Shown here: piece by piece, positions 41,303 to 52,629 of the stretch
Layout of the letters: each line of letters starts with the position of its first letter
Position numbering within the stretch: the stretch's first letter is position 1
Position numbers and translations under genes: made by a program
Notes under the pieces: model-generated
What the model was told of the DNA's origin: nothing
Seen by the model: the letters and a program-made list of their open reading frames with translations, nothing else
The model's database searches: none
DNA from: Lama guanicoe
Taxonomy: Eukaryota
Direction: 5' to 3'
Length of the DNA stretch: 64,000 nucleotides
Assembly: GCA_013239625.1 (NCBI GenBank)
Contig: MU056043.1
Location: 4,692 to 68,691 of the forward strand

Positions 41303-41559
41303 NNNNNNNNNNNNNNNNNNNNNNNNNNNNNNNNNNNNNNNNNNNNNNNNNNNNNNNNNNNNNNNNNNNNNNNNNNNNNNNNNNNNNNNNNNNNNNNNNN
41401 NNNNNNNNNNNNNNNNNNNNNNNNNNNNNNNNNNNNNNNNNNNNNNNNNNNNNNNNNNNNNNNNNNNNNNNNNNNNNNNNNNNNNNNNNNNNNNNNNNNN
41501 NNNNNNNNNNNNNNNNNNNNNNNNNNNNNNNNNNNNNNNNNNNNNNNNNNNNNNNNNNN

Positions 41560-42060
41560 CTGTACCCACTAAGACCATGGGCTTAGTGCAGTCAGGGGAC
41601 TGGGAGAGTGGCAGCAGCGGTGGGAGGAGGGGGGCTGCCCCTTTCGAACTAGTCATTTGCTCCCATCTCCCCTGTGGCCTGGCCTGGGGGTGGCCTCTGC
41701 TGCCTCAGGTTCGCTGTAGGCATGTCCCCAGGTCAGCAAGCTCACAGGAGGTGGGCATGGTGCAGTCAGGGAGGAGGGGTTAGCTGAGGGAGGGTGCCTG
41801 CTTTGGAGGAGCTGGCCTCTTTGCTCCAGTCTCCCTTGTGGCCTGGCTTGGGGGTGGCCTCTGCTGCCTCAGGTCGCGGGACCATGTGTCCCAGTCTGCC
41901 TGCTCCTGGGAGGTGGGTGGGGGCCACCTGACCGCTACCAGCTGACCACATCTTACCAGCCTCCAGTAAGCAAACTAGGAAATGTGTGTCCCGCCACTGG
42001 GTGCAGCAAAGGCTGCCCGCAAGCCTGGTATGGGGGAGAAAGGAGCCTGGGGCAAATCCA
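41560..42060. repeat. GC-rich segment with a ~164-bp tandem unit; possibly L1 5'UTR monomers
   Basis: tttgctcc..tctccc.tgtggcctggc.tgggggtggcctctgctgcctcaggt at about 41656-41710 and 41820-41874. Confidence 0.55.
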
Positions 42061-42089
42061 CCAGCTTTGTAGGGCAGCCTCTGCCATTA

Positions 42090-43760
42090 GCTCTATATTC
42101 TTGCTTGATTTAAACATCTTATCAATCTAGTGTATGCGTAATGATATAATATTTCATTACGTTTTAAATTTACATATCCTTAATTACTGATGAGATTGGT
42201 AGGCTGGTTATATTTGTTGGCCATTTAAATTTCCTTTCTGTGATGTGCTTGTTCAAGTCTTCTGCCCATTTTTCTGGCGGAATGTCTTGTCCTCATTGAT
42301 CTGTAGGAGTTCTTTATGTACCTGGATGTTAAGTCTTTTTGTCAGTGATACCTATTGCAAATACCTTCTCTGTGGCTTTTTTCTATGGTTCTTTTTAATA
42401 AAAGCATTTTTCTTTTTCTGATGTAGTCAAAATAATTCTTTGTTTCCATATCAAAGGAGAAGTTCTCCTTTATTATGTAGAAGTTTTCTTTTTTTTTTCT
42501 TCTCATCTTTAAATCTTAGATCCATCTGAAAGCAGTATTGTATGTAGTTTGAGGTGGAGATCCATCTAATTTTTTAAAAATGGATGCCTGGTTCTCCTAG
42601 CAGCAGTTGTGTTGAAAGGTTGCCTTTCCCCATGCTTAGCAGTGCGGCCTTACCATGAGTGTAGCAAGAGTCTACATGCTTGGTCTGTTTTTCTGGGCCC
42701 TCTTCTGTTTGATTGAGCTTCATCTCTACATCAGTACCACACTGTCCTAAATATTGTTGCTTTATTATAAGTCTTGATAGCTTTAGGAGAATATTGGCTA
42801 TTCTTGACCTTTGATACTTCCAAACACATTTTGGAATCAACTTGTCAAGTTCCCCCCAAAAACTATTTTAACCTTACATTTCTGATAGGGATTGCATTGA
42901 ATCTGTCATTCAATTTCAATTTAAATTGACATCTTTACATTGTGAGTCTTCTATTTAATGACCACTTGGCATAACCCTTTATTCAGTTTTCTTTCAATAA
43001 AGTTTTATAAATTTCTCTGTAGAGATTTTCACCTCTAGATTGTTAGATTTACTGTCACAACTTTATATTATTTAGCACAATAGTGCTATTGTTACTATTA
43101 AAAAGCTTTTATTTCTAATATGTGCAGTATTTACTATACAATTTTTTATGGAAGTCTATTTTTTGTATGCTAATGGTTTTTCTCAACAGTAAATTTTACT
43201 ACCTTTTCTCCCTTATTATATTATTGTAAATTTTATTGATAGTAAACCAGCCTTGAACTCTGTGGATAACTGTAACTTGATCCTAATGTATTATCTTTTT
43301 TATGCATGTTGAATTTTGTTTTTATTTAGGATGTTTGTATCAGTGTTCATGATTAAGATCGATCTGTAATTTTCCTTTTCTTTCTTATCTTCTGTTGGAT
43401 TTAGTATCAAAATTTTGTTAGCCTTATACAGTGAGCTGAAGAAGTTTCTTCTTTTCAATTTTTAATAAGAGATTTAATGTTGGAAATACTCCCTCCTTAT
43501 GATTGCTAGGACTTACCAGTGAAGCTGTTTGGGCCTAGAGTGTTCCATATGGGAAGATTTTTGACTATTCATTTTCTTTAGCGGTTAAACATCAATGCAG
43601 GTTTTCCATGTCTTATATCAGTTGAATAAATTATATTTTTCTAGGAATTTACCCATTTTGTTTAACTTTTCAAATTCTCAGCACAAATTAATTCATAATA
43701 GGTTCTTTTCAATGTCTGAAGATCAGTAGTAACATTTCCTTTTCATTTGTGATATTGCCT
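42090..43760 (-). mobile_element. Ancient L1M fragments
   Basis: Degenerate L1 ORF2 antisense motifs; minus ORF 42574-42840 (PKCVWKYQRSRIANILLK). Confidence 0.7.
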
Positions 43761-44590
43761 TCTCTGTTTTGAGGTGTATTGCATAAAAGTGGTGTAAACT
43801 TCAGTTATTTCTGTCAGGTAATTATTATTGATCTGCAAATACTATGACAAATTACTATTTATATCGTAAATTTTCCAGCCACAATAACTTATTTTTATTT
43901 GACAATATAATATGTTGTCCTGTAGACAGTCTTTGCATTTCAGCAATAGAACATGCAATTGGAAAGGTGGAATAGGGTCACAGAAACCAAGTATGCAGAG
44001 AGTCTCAAGAAGAAAAGGAGAGCCAGTGGTATGTAGGGAAGTTCAAGGGGAGGGCACATTGAAAGTCTTCGATTTGACAGAAATAGGCCTTACGAAGAGT
44101 GGTCAACCTCTTCGAGTTACGACCCTGTTAGTTTCTTAAGACACTTCTGATTTCAAAGTCCACCAGGCATCAGAAGTAAAATTTCAGAATTCTTAGTCAG
44201 AAAAATCACAACTCTATTCTTGTTTTCATTTCTTTTGAAGTTACTACTTTGATGTCAAGGGTGAAATTCACTGAGGGGAGTTCGGGGAGGTGTGTTTTCC
44301 TTTTCATCCTGTAGGTGTCATCGCCTAAATCCTGAATGTTTAGTGCTTTCATTTTTCTAAGAATTCTAAAATAGGTTTTATATCAAAATCTGATGTTTTG
44401 AATGGTACTTTTAAAATTTTGCTTATTTGCAGTATGCGATTAATTAAAATTGAGGCCCTGTATTGAGGTTTCCTGAAATGCAGTGTAGAAGCTCATGAAA
44501 ATTTTGAAGTAGGTGCTCATGGTTCACATCTGTGGAAATTGTATTTAAATTTAGCATTAAAGATCATTTTAGCTTTGTCTTTCATTCCAG

Positions 44591-44681
44591 GAACTTGTGT
44601 CCCTGAAGCCTGGTAAAGCTGCAGAGCTGGTTTCCACTCACTTTTCTGAACAGATTGAAACAGTCAGGAAAAAAACTTTAG
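44591..44681 (+). pseudogene. VPS8: VPS8 pseudo-exon
   Basis: AG|ELVSLKPGKAAELVSTHFSEQIETVRKK|GT vs recalled VPS8 ELVSLKPCKAAELVATHFSGHIETVIKKLQ; extra A in the A-run and terminal CAG>TAG. Confidence 0.85.
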
Positions 44682-46179
44682 GTAAATTTTGCAGAATATA
44701 TTGGGAAGAAACATCTAATGGAGAGACAGTTATTGAACCTGCACTTAAGAACTTTTGATTGTGATTATTTCTTCAGTTGATAGTTCCTTTTAATAGCAGT
44801 TTCTACACATTGTGTGTTTGTGTGTATTTGGGAGCAGTTGTGGATCTCTGAGTCTGGACATGAGGGTGTTTGTCTTTGTGCATAAGAAACACTAGCATCA
44901 CAGACACATTTCTGGAGCTGTAACCTGCACTCAACCTGGACATCGTCACCACAGAGGGCCACCCCCCTCTTTTGCTGTAGTAGCTGCAACAGTATTCTCT
45001 TTGGGTTTCATGTTATTTGTTCAGACTTCTGTCATCCTCAGAAAGGTTAATGATGAGTAGAATTTTTCTTGGCAAATCTTCCCTAGAATATAGCTGTATT
45101 AATGTTGAGTAGTGAGATGCCCAGTTGGAAGTACTGTGTCATGGAGCTAGCGTTCCCCTCGTCACCACCACGACACTGCTGGGCGGGTGCTTTGCTCACT
45201 ACCATTATGGCCACGAGTGACAGAGATAGGGAACAGGACAGTGACAGGGACATGTAGCACAACCCAGGGTCCCCATGTAGCAATAATAGTTGTAGGAGAC
45301 ACGTACACAGGATGGAAACCAGAGCGTGAGTGGGAGGCAGCTGGCATAAGAAACAGAGATACAGAGTTCATTCACATACTTCATTTCGCACGACTGTGGC
45401 CCCCCATGCACCGCAGTATGGAAGGCTCTGGGGGCACAGGTAAGTGTACAATGTTTTCTTTAATTTTTTCATATGAAGCAGAGAAGCACTTGTGTAAACA
45501 TAGTATAGTGTTAAAAGCTCTACATGAGACATATGGGCAAAAGTGTTGCAGGAACAAGAGGAGAGAGGTAGACTGTGTGAGAGAGTCAGACAGGAGTTCC
45601 CAGGTACGTGTGAACTGGGCTTAAATAATTGGTGTCAGTTTTCTAGGCAGAGAATTAAGAGGGAGTTGTAGATTAAGGGTCCTGGGTGTGTAGAGAGTTA
45701 AAGGGACAAAGCAGCACGCATATTCAGAGGGTGACGTGGTGGGGATGATAGCAGAAGGTTAAGCTATAAATGGTGTGTCAGGGGGAAGAGTTAGAAGTAT
45801 AGAGACTGGAAGATAGGGTTTCGGGGCTTACAGTGAACAACTTAATATGTAAAGCTAAGAAATAATATACTGAGTCTTCTGTATACTGGAGAATGACTAA
45901 AGGTTTTTAGGCAAGGGAACTATACCATTAGATTCATTTTATAGAAAATTAACTGTGTAGTGTGAGTATGAGTTACAAGCACCACCACTGAATATTGTTA
46001 CTGAATATTGTTTTTCCATTTAAAGTGAGAAATACCATGATTTAGAAGGTCTGTGATGTAATTTGCACTGTTACCTGGCCAAAAAGTGGTCTTGGTTTCA
46101 AAGTAACATACTTTTTACCTGTAGCCTTAATTATAGATGTGGTTACATAATGCTGCTCTCTTGCCTTTTTTGTTTTCAG

Positions 46180-46327
46180 AGAAGATCTCCATGTAAATCA
46201 ACAGTTGCTGCAAATGTCTCCCCGTGTCACAGAGCCGTTCTCTGAGCTGCTGTGTCCATTCAGCACCAGCCAGGTTGTAGAGATGCTGCCAAGCCTGGGG
46301 TGCTGCCGCCTGGAAGAAAGCATTCCG
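46180..46327 (+). pseudogene. VPS8: VPS8 pseudo-exon
   Basis: EDLHVNQQLLQMSPRVTEPFSELLCPFSTSQVVEMLPSLGCCRLEESIP vs recalled EGIHVNQELLQISPCITEQFIELLCQFNPTQVIETLQVLECYRLEETIQ; acceptor intact, donor reads ATAAGA. Confidence 0.85.
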
Positions 46328-47494
46328 ATAAGACCAGTGGTGTAGAGGAGGCAAGAGTCGGCTTTCCTTAATCATCCACTGTTGTATAAATGAGCAAAGG
46401 GAGACTGCCTGCGTTTGTACTTGGTAAGTGCTAGCAGCTGAGATTAAACCCAAATATTCTGTGGTGCATGGGCTCCATTGCTGTGATAAATTTCATCTCC
46501 ATTTATTCCAGTAAAATCAGAAGCAGCACATGCCCATCGTTGTTATTAATCAAGGTTCACAGCTATTCAAGTCAACTTGATAAATGTAGAAAAAAGAATA
46601 GCATAGAAATATTAAAGGAGAAAACAAGCTGTTACTTGTAGGTGCTGATGTTAGTTAGTCCTGTTGTGCCTGGACTTACAGGCTAAATGGCAGCTCAGGA
46701 GCCTTAGCACAGGCGTTGCCTGAATCCTCTTCTCCGTCTCCTGTTTCCAAATGAAAGTGAATGTGTGTGCAAATGAATGTGGGAGCAGGTAGAAGGGAGG
46801 GAAGCTTCCTGGCAGGAGCTCAGGTGAGCAGCTGAAGGGAGCACTTGAGGGGCCCTGTGACTGGCAGCAGGGTGGGTGGAGGCAGAGAGGAGGCAGTTGG
46901 ATGTCAAAGTCACAGCCAGAGACTGAGGTCTGACCCCACCCTCATCCCCCAAAGAACCAGTCACTCCTGCTGTGAGGAGGTAGAGATGGGAGGGGTCTCC
47001 GCACCCACATGGGCTGAGGTTCAGAGGGTGGGGCTACAGGGAGGCTGTGGGATGGCTGGAATGACCTTTCTCCTCTGCTTCCCTGTCCTGCATCCCCTCT
47101 GGCTGGGTTTACAGATCCTTCCCTGAAAGATGGGGTTGGGGAGGGGTGAGGTCAGAGAGGCCCAGAGTGGGAATGATCTCTATGGCCACCATGGGGTGTG
47201 CAGGCAGGCCCAGAGCCCTGGGGCCCATGCCAGTCTCTCTGTCGAGCTGGGCACGACCGAGAACCATGTGGCCTACGATCCTGGATGGGGCTGCCAGCTG
47301 CTCCCACCCATGCATAGATTGGGTAGAATGTGCCCAGATCTCTGGCTCCCTGCTCCCATGGACACACTGGCAGGTGGCAGACAGGTACAGAGAGCAGTTG
47401 CCTGAGAGCAAGGCCGAGGCCTGTTTCAGGGCCCAAAGCCCGGGATTGTCACTGCCCCCAGCAGCCCGAGTCCGAGACTCCCCACCACAGTCCC

Positions 47495-47752
47495 CTTTTC
47501 TGCTTTCTCTTCCAGCCGCTGCTGGCAGCCCCAAGCTGGGGTCAGGATCCTGGATGTTAGAAGCCACTGCTACCCCTTCACTCTCCTGAAGCCGTCTCCT
47601 CCTCCTGCTTCCGCTCAGAGCCATCTTTTCTGCTTTCTCTTCCAGCCGCTGCTGGCAGCCCCAAGCCGGGGTCAGGATCCTGGATGTTAGAAGCCACTGC
47701 TGCCCCTTCACTCTCCTGAAGCCGTCTCCTCCTCCTGCTTCCGCTCAGAGCC
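47495..47752 (+). repeat. 130-bp-period tandem duplication containing the splice acceptor
   Basis: 47495-47622 and 47625-47752 differ at 2 positions. Confidence 0.95.
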
Positions 47753-47850
47753 CCTGCGCCCTGGCCCTGCTCACCGCCAGACCCTGGAATGTCAGGGCCT
47801 GGCCCGCGCATGCCTGTTCAGCCCGTGGAACCCTGGTGGCCCCACCAAAG

Positions 47851-48452
47851 ATGATGGGCCAGGCCGATGTCCCGATTACCCTAGGGTTTTCCATCTGCTG
47901 CTGCTGCTGCTGCTTGGGCACCAGCCAAGTGCGGCCTCAGAGGCGGATGTGTGTCCTGGGGTGGGCCGTGCCCCATGCTGGTGCAGGACAAGTTCTTCAA
48001 GTACTTCTTGGCGGCCACTGAGTTCTCTGCCAGTGCTTTGCGCTTCTCCTGGACCCTGTGCAACCCAAACCTGCACCACTACAAGCTCTGCATGAAAGTG
48101 GCCAAAGTGCCCACCTGCAGCAGCCCCACCTGTGTTGGAATCTACCAGTTGGAATCCTTCCTGGAGTCCACACCCAGCTACCTGGACCTGGAGATCTGTG
48201 ACGGTGCTAAGGCTCTGCGACACCTCAGGGCCCGTGCCCCTACTGCAGGCCAGCAATCAGTTCCTGCAGATGAAGGGACAGCTGCCGCCGCACAAAGATG
48301 ATCCTGGACTCCAGGGCGGGGCCCTCCTACCCCAGCAACAGCTTCTCCGTGGAACACCTGATCATGGGCAACCACAACCCCTGTGACGTGACTGGTGGCC
48401 CTGAGAACTGTCTCACCAGCCTGACCCAGGATGGGGCGGGGTTGCGCTCCAG
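47851..48452 (+). pseudogene. ADGRB1: ADGRB1 (BAI1) first coding exon, copy 1, frameshifted
   Basis: [82 protein letters not shown] matches the BAI1 N-terminus; donor GTGAGT at 48453. Confidence 0.93.
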
Positions 48453-51400
48453 GTGAGTGACCACTGGGGAGAGGCCCAGAGAGCAGCATTCTGGGCAGAG
48501 GGAATGGGGAGAGGGTCTCTTCTGCTGGGCTGCCCTGGCCACCGTCCTTGAGGGCTCCCTCAGGGAAGCTAGTTGCACTAAGAAATGTTCTCTGCAAGCT
48601 CACTGAGAGAATAGGGACCTGGGTGCCTGCCTGAGGCCCCCAGGGCTGGGCGTGGTGCCGGCACACTGGGAGGTGCTTGCTGAGTGTACAGGGCAGGATG
48701 GGTCTGGTTTCTCCCAGGATGAGGGAGTGTTTCATTTCTGGCTGGGGGAAGGCCCCTCCTTTTTTGCAGGTAGGATGCTTCTAATGGGCCAGCAGGCTGC
48801 CATGGCCTGTGGCAGGGTCTGCAGGGGCCTCCTGGGACACGGAAGGAAAAATGAAGAGTGGGCTGTCGGGAAGTGTGGTCAGGAGGTGCAGTTTGGGGGT
48901 TGCACTTGTTGTGGCCACACAAATCCTTACCCCACAGCTTGTTAGTTACCCAGCTCCTGGGAGGTGTTCTGGTGCCAGGGATGAGGAGCAGTGAAGAGGC
49001 ACAAGGAAAGTCCTTTGTGTCGTGAGCTGTCTTTCGGGTCAGGGGAGGGAGGAGGCAATAACAGCCAAACATAAAATGTGGGTGTGGGGAGGTTGGGTCC
49101 CTGGTGTCGGGCCTGTGTGTCACCTGGAGTTATGGGCTCATTTGGTCAGGGGGTCGTATTCAAGATTCCGGGAGATGCGAGGGCAAGCCTTGTGAGCTTT
49201 GGCGACAAAGGCGGGGGGATGCATGGGTGTTGAGTGGGAACCCGGTGGGAGGGGTTGGGGCACTTCACCTTCTTAGCAGTTTGGTTACCTTGGTGAGCGG
49301 GCCACCTGCACAGGAGGGCACTATCAGTGCGCTGGGACACTGGACAGGACTCCATGGCAGCAGGGCAGGCGAGGGGCCTTGCAGACCCTTGGAGGGGAGC
49401 CCTCCTTGCAGGGAGCCCAGGGAGTCACGGGAGGCTGGGGCCGCAGGGAGGGCAGCAGGGGCCAGGCTGGGCTGGGCTTTCATACTAGAGGGTCATCGCG
49501 GGGCCAGGTGACAAGGTCCAGGGCTCTTGGTCCCTCCTGAGCTAGTGGGGCTCCTGGATTCCACAGAATAGCCTCTGGAGAGGCACCAAGCAAGCTACAT
49601 GGGGTTACAAAGGAAACCGGTTTTCCTGGACCTGATTTTGTTCATAGCCCCAAAGCTGAGGATCAGGAGAGGAGCAAAGAGGTGGCCAGAGCCGTGGGAA
49701 GAGGGGGCAGGTGTGGAGTCCACGAAACCAACAAAAAGAACATTTTTCGGGGCACCCAGTGCTGGGGTGGGAGACCGGGAGGGCAGATCTTCTGTCTGGG
49801 CAAGGTGGAGGTCAGCTCCCCCCACCTCCCTGGGCAGCGTGCTGGTAGTACTGGTCCTTGGCAGGTAGGGAGGAGGTGAGTGGAGCAGCATATGGAGGGC
49901 TTTTCTGAGGAGTAGAGATACAGGGCATTGGCAGGTCTGGGAGGTGGGAGGGTGCAGGAGCTGTCCGTGCTGGCAGCCTGGGCCCCTGCCCAGCTCTGCC
50001 CCGAGATCCAGCCAGAAGAGGCAGAGCGGGCCAGTTCCGTGGTGCTCAGACTCATAGCGGGACTGCCTTCTGACCAGCAGAGCCTGCCCCAAAGCCCAGG
50101 GCGTGGAGCGGTTCAAGTTCTAGAGGACGGTCCCCGCTGTGGAGTCCCAGGGCTCCAAGGAACCCTGTTTGAGAACTTCATGGATGGGCTCTTCTGGGCT
50201 GTCTTCTGGTCCCAAGAGCAGCTGAAGTCTCACTCCAGAGCCTCAGTCCTAGGGGTGTGGCTGCCTGATGGAGCTTTGCCCCTGACCTGCCCCTAAACTC
50301 CCTCCCCATTGGTACCTCCCACCTCCTCAGGGTCCAGGCCAGAAACGCCCCCGCCAGGCCCCCACAGTCCAGCTGGAGCTGAGGTTCTCTCTCCTGTGTC
50401 CTGAGCATCTTCCCCTTGCTTCCTTCCTCCCTGAAGGCCTGCCCCCCTGTGCTGCCAGGGTGGGCTCTCCAAGGGGCAGTTCTGATTGGGGTGCTGTCCT
50501 GCTTCTAATGCTCACTGCCCTCTCTTGCCCTCTGTGCAGGACAGCGGGTGGGCCTGGCTCCCCCGACATGCGCTGAAGAGAGGAGTGAGCTGGTGCAGAT
50601 GAGGCCGGCCCACAGGGATGCTGGGAGGGCCTCGACTTGGTCCGGCTCCCATGGGCCCTGGGACAGGGGCAGAATTCAGATTGGTGCTGCCTGTCCTGGG
50701 GCAGTGCTAGGCCATGCAGAGAGTAGGGATTCGTCCAACAGACCTGGGCTTGGATCCAGTCTCGGGCGCCCAGGACCTGGGAGTTCCCCCCAGGGTTGCT
50801 CTTCTGTGGCCCCCAAGTGCCCGTCTGCAAAGTGGAGCTGCAGCAGGTACCTTTAGGGACTGCTGCTGCAGAGACCCAGCACCTGACACAGGATGAAGCC
50901 CAGTGGTGGTCCCCTCCCTCCGTGAGCCCTGCTCTTCCTTTCAGGCCCGCGAGTGCACAGCGTGGTGGAGGCAGCCCTGCCCTCACCTGCCTCCACCACC
51001 TTGTCACCCCCAGCACAATATGGGTGTCTGCTCCGGGCTGTACCTGCTTTCCAGACAGGGAGGGCTGTGGTGTGGGCTACCAGGGGCTGGAATGAGGAGG
51101 GGAGGGTATGGGCCCAGCCTGGACCATCTCAGTCTGTACAGGCCCCTCGAGGGGGAAGGTGCTGGGTTTTGAAATAGCCTTGACCTCTAGTCAGTGGGGA
51201 CAGGACAGAGTGAAGCAGGTGTCACGTAGGGTGGTATTGGGGGAGGCACTGGGCTGTGGTCAGACTTTCTCCTGGGATTCTCCAGGACATCAGAGAGGGT
51301 CCATTCCGGGGCTGGGGCCCTGGGTTGGGGGCTGGCGGCTGCATTAGGTCCCAAGTTGGATGCAGGGGAGGGTGTGCTGTAGCTGGGGCTGAGGCTCAGG

Positions 51401-52629
51401 AGAGATTTCAAGTCCCACTGCCACCCTGCCATCAGGCTGGGTGGGCACCTTCCTAGGTGTGGGATTGGCCGTGGGACCTTGGCCCTGGTCTTTGCCCCAG
51501 ATATTGATTAGGAGTCCAGGGCAGATGGCTCTGCCCACCACCAAGACTGTCCTCAGAATGGTCCAGAGGCAGGGCAGGAGAACAGGCTTCCCAGTGATAG
51601 GGGCCAAGTGCAAGTGTGCCCAGTACTGCTCGGAGGGGCAGCATGAGGAGTTGGCAAGTTGCCTCCTCAGAGGACATGAACATTTGCCACTGAAGAGCCC
51701 CCACAGGGCCGCCCCTGGTGAGCCAACATCCCTAACCAGCCTTTCTCCCCCTGAGGTCCCCTCCTGCTCTGTCTCTGGGTAAACCAGCAGGTCCAGCTCT
51801 TAACACTTATCTGAGTGTATGAAGCCTCACTCCCACCTTACATATGGGGACACCGAGGCTGGGAGGTGAGGGACAGGCCCGAGTCCACACAGCCATGAGA
51901 GGGGCAGCTCAAGTCCAGCCGTCCTGGTCCGGTTGGCCCAGAGCCAGAGGCCGCCCACGTTCAGCTCTTGCCGTGCCTACAGACCTGTCTGGACAGACAC
52001 TAGGAGGGGACTGCAGAGCAGTGACCGATCTTATGTTGCTGGCCAGCTAGGCCCAGGCAGCAAGAAGCAAGGAGTCCCTGTGGGCAGGCGGCCAGTGCGT
52101 GCATGGTCTGCAGAGCAGAGGTGCCAACACCACGAGGCCGGGCCAGCTCTGGGGCACAGACTGCAGTCTCCCTCCTCTGCCCACTGGCCTTGCTGCTGTG
52201 TGGGGTGGTGGCCGGCCAGGGGCTTTGGGAAGGGTAGGAAAACTGAGGCTTGGAGGCAGAAGGAACTTCCCAGGGTTCACGTGGGGGTGAATCAAGGAAG
52301 GGTGGTGCTGGCTTCCTGAGGCCAGGACAGCTCTACTGCATCCCCGCTCACTTGGGCCAAGAGCTGCCACCCTCCCCTGGGTGTGAGTGGGTGGCACATA
52401 GCCGGCACCCTCTCCTAGAGCAAGGCAGGTGACCCCAGGATCACGAGATGGGGGTCAATCTGTGGGGTTCAGGTGTGGGTACTCAAGCCTCCTTACTGTG
52501 ACTTTGAGCCTCGGTTTCCTCACCATGAAATGGGGGAGTGCAACCTTGCTGACCTTGCCAAGGCAGTATGCAGGGATCAGTCCAGGCATAAGCCTGGACC
52601 CAGTGGCTGCAGGAGGATCTGGGTGGGGG

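Larger units (their letters stand above)
46790..49840 (+). repeat. ~3-kb direct duplication unit, copy 1 (ADGRB1 first coding exon plus flanks)
   Basis: Colinear with 52630-55640 (e.g. gagaggaggcagttggatgtcaaagtcac; gggcaaggtggaggtca); about 80-85% by eye. Confidence 0.93.
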
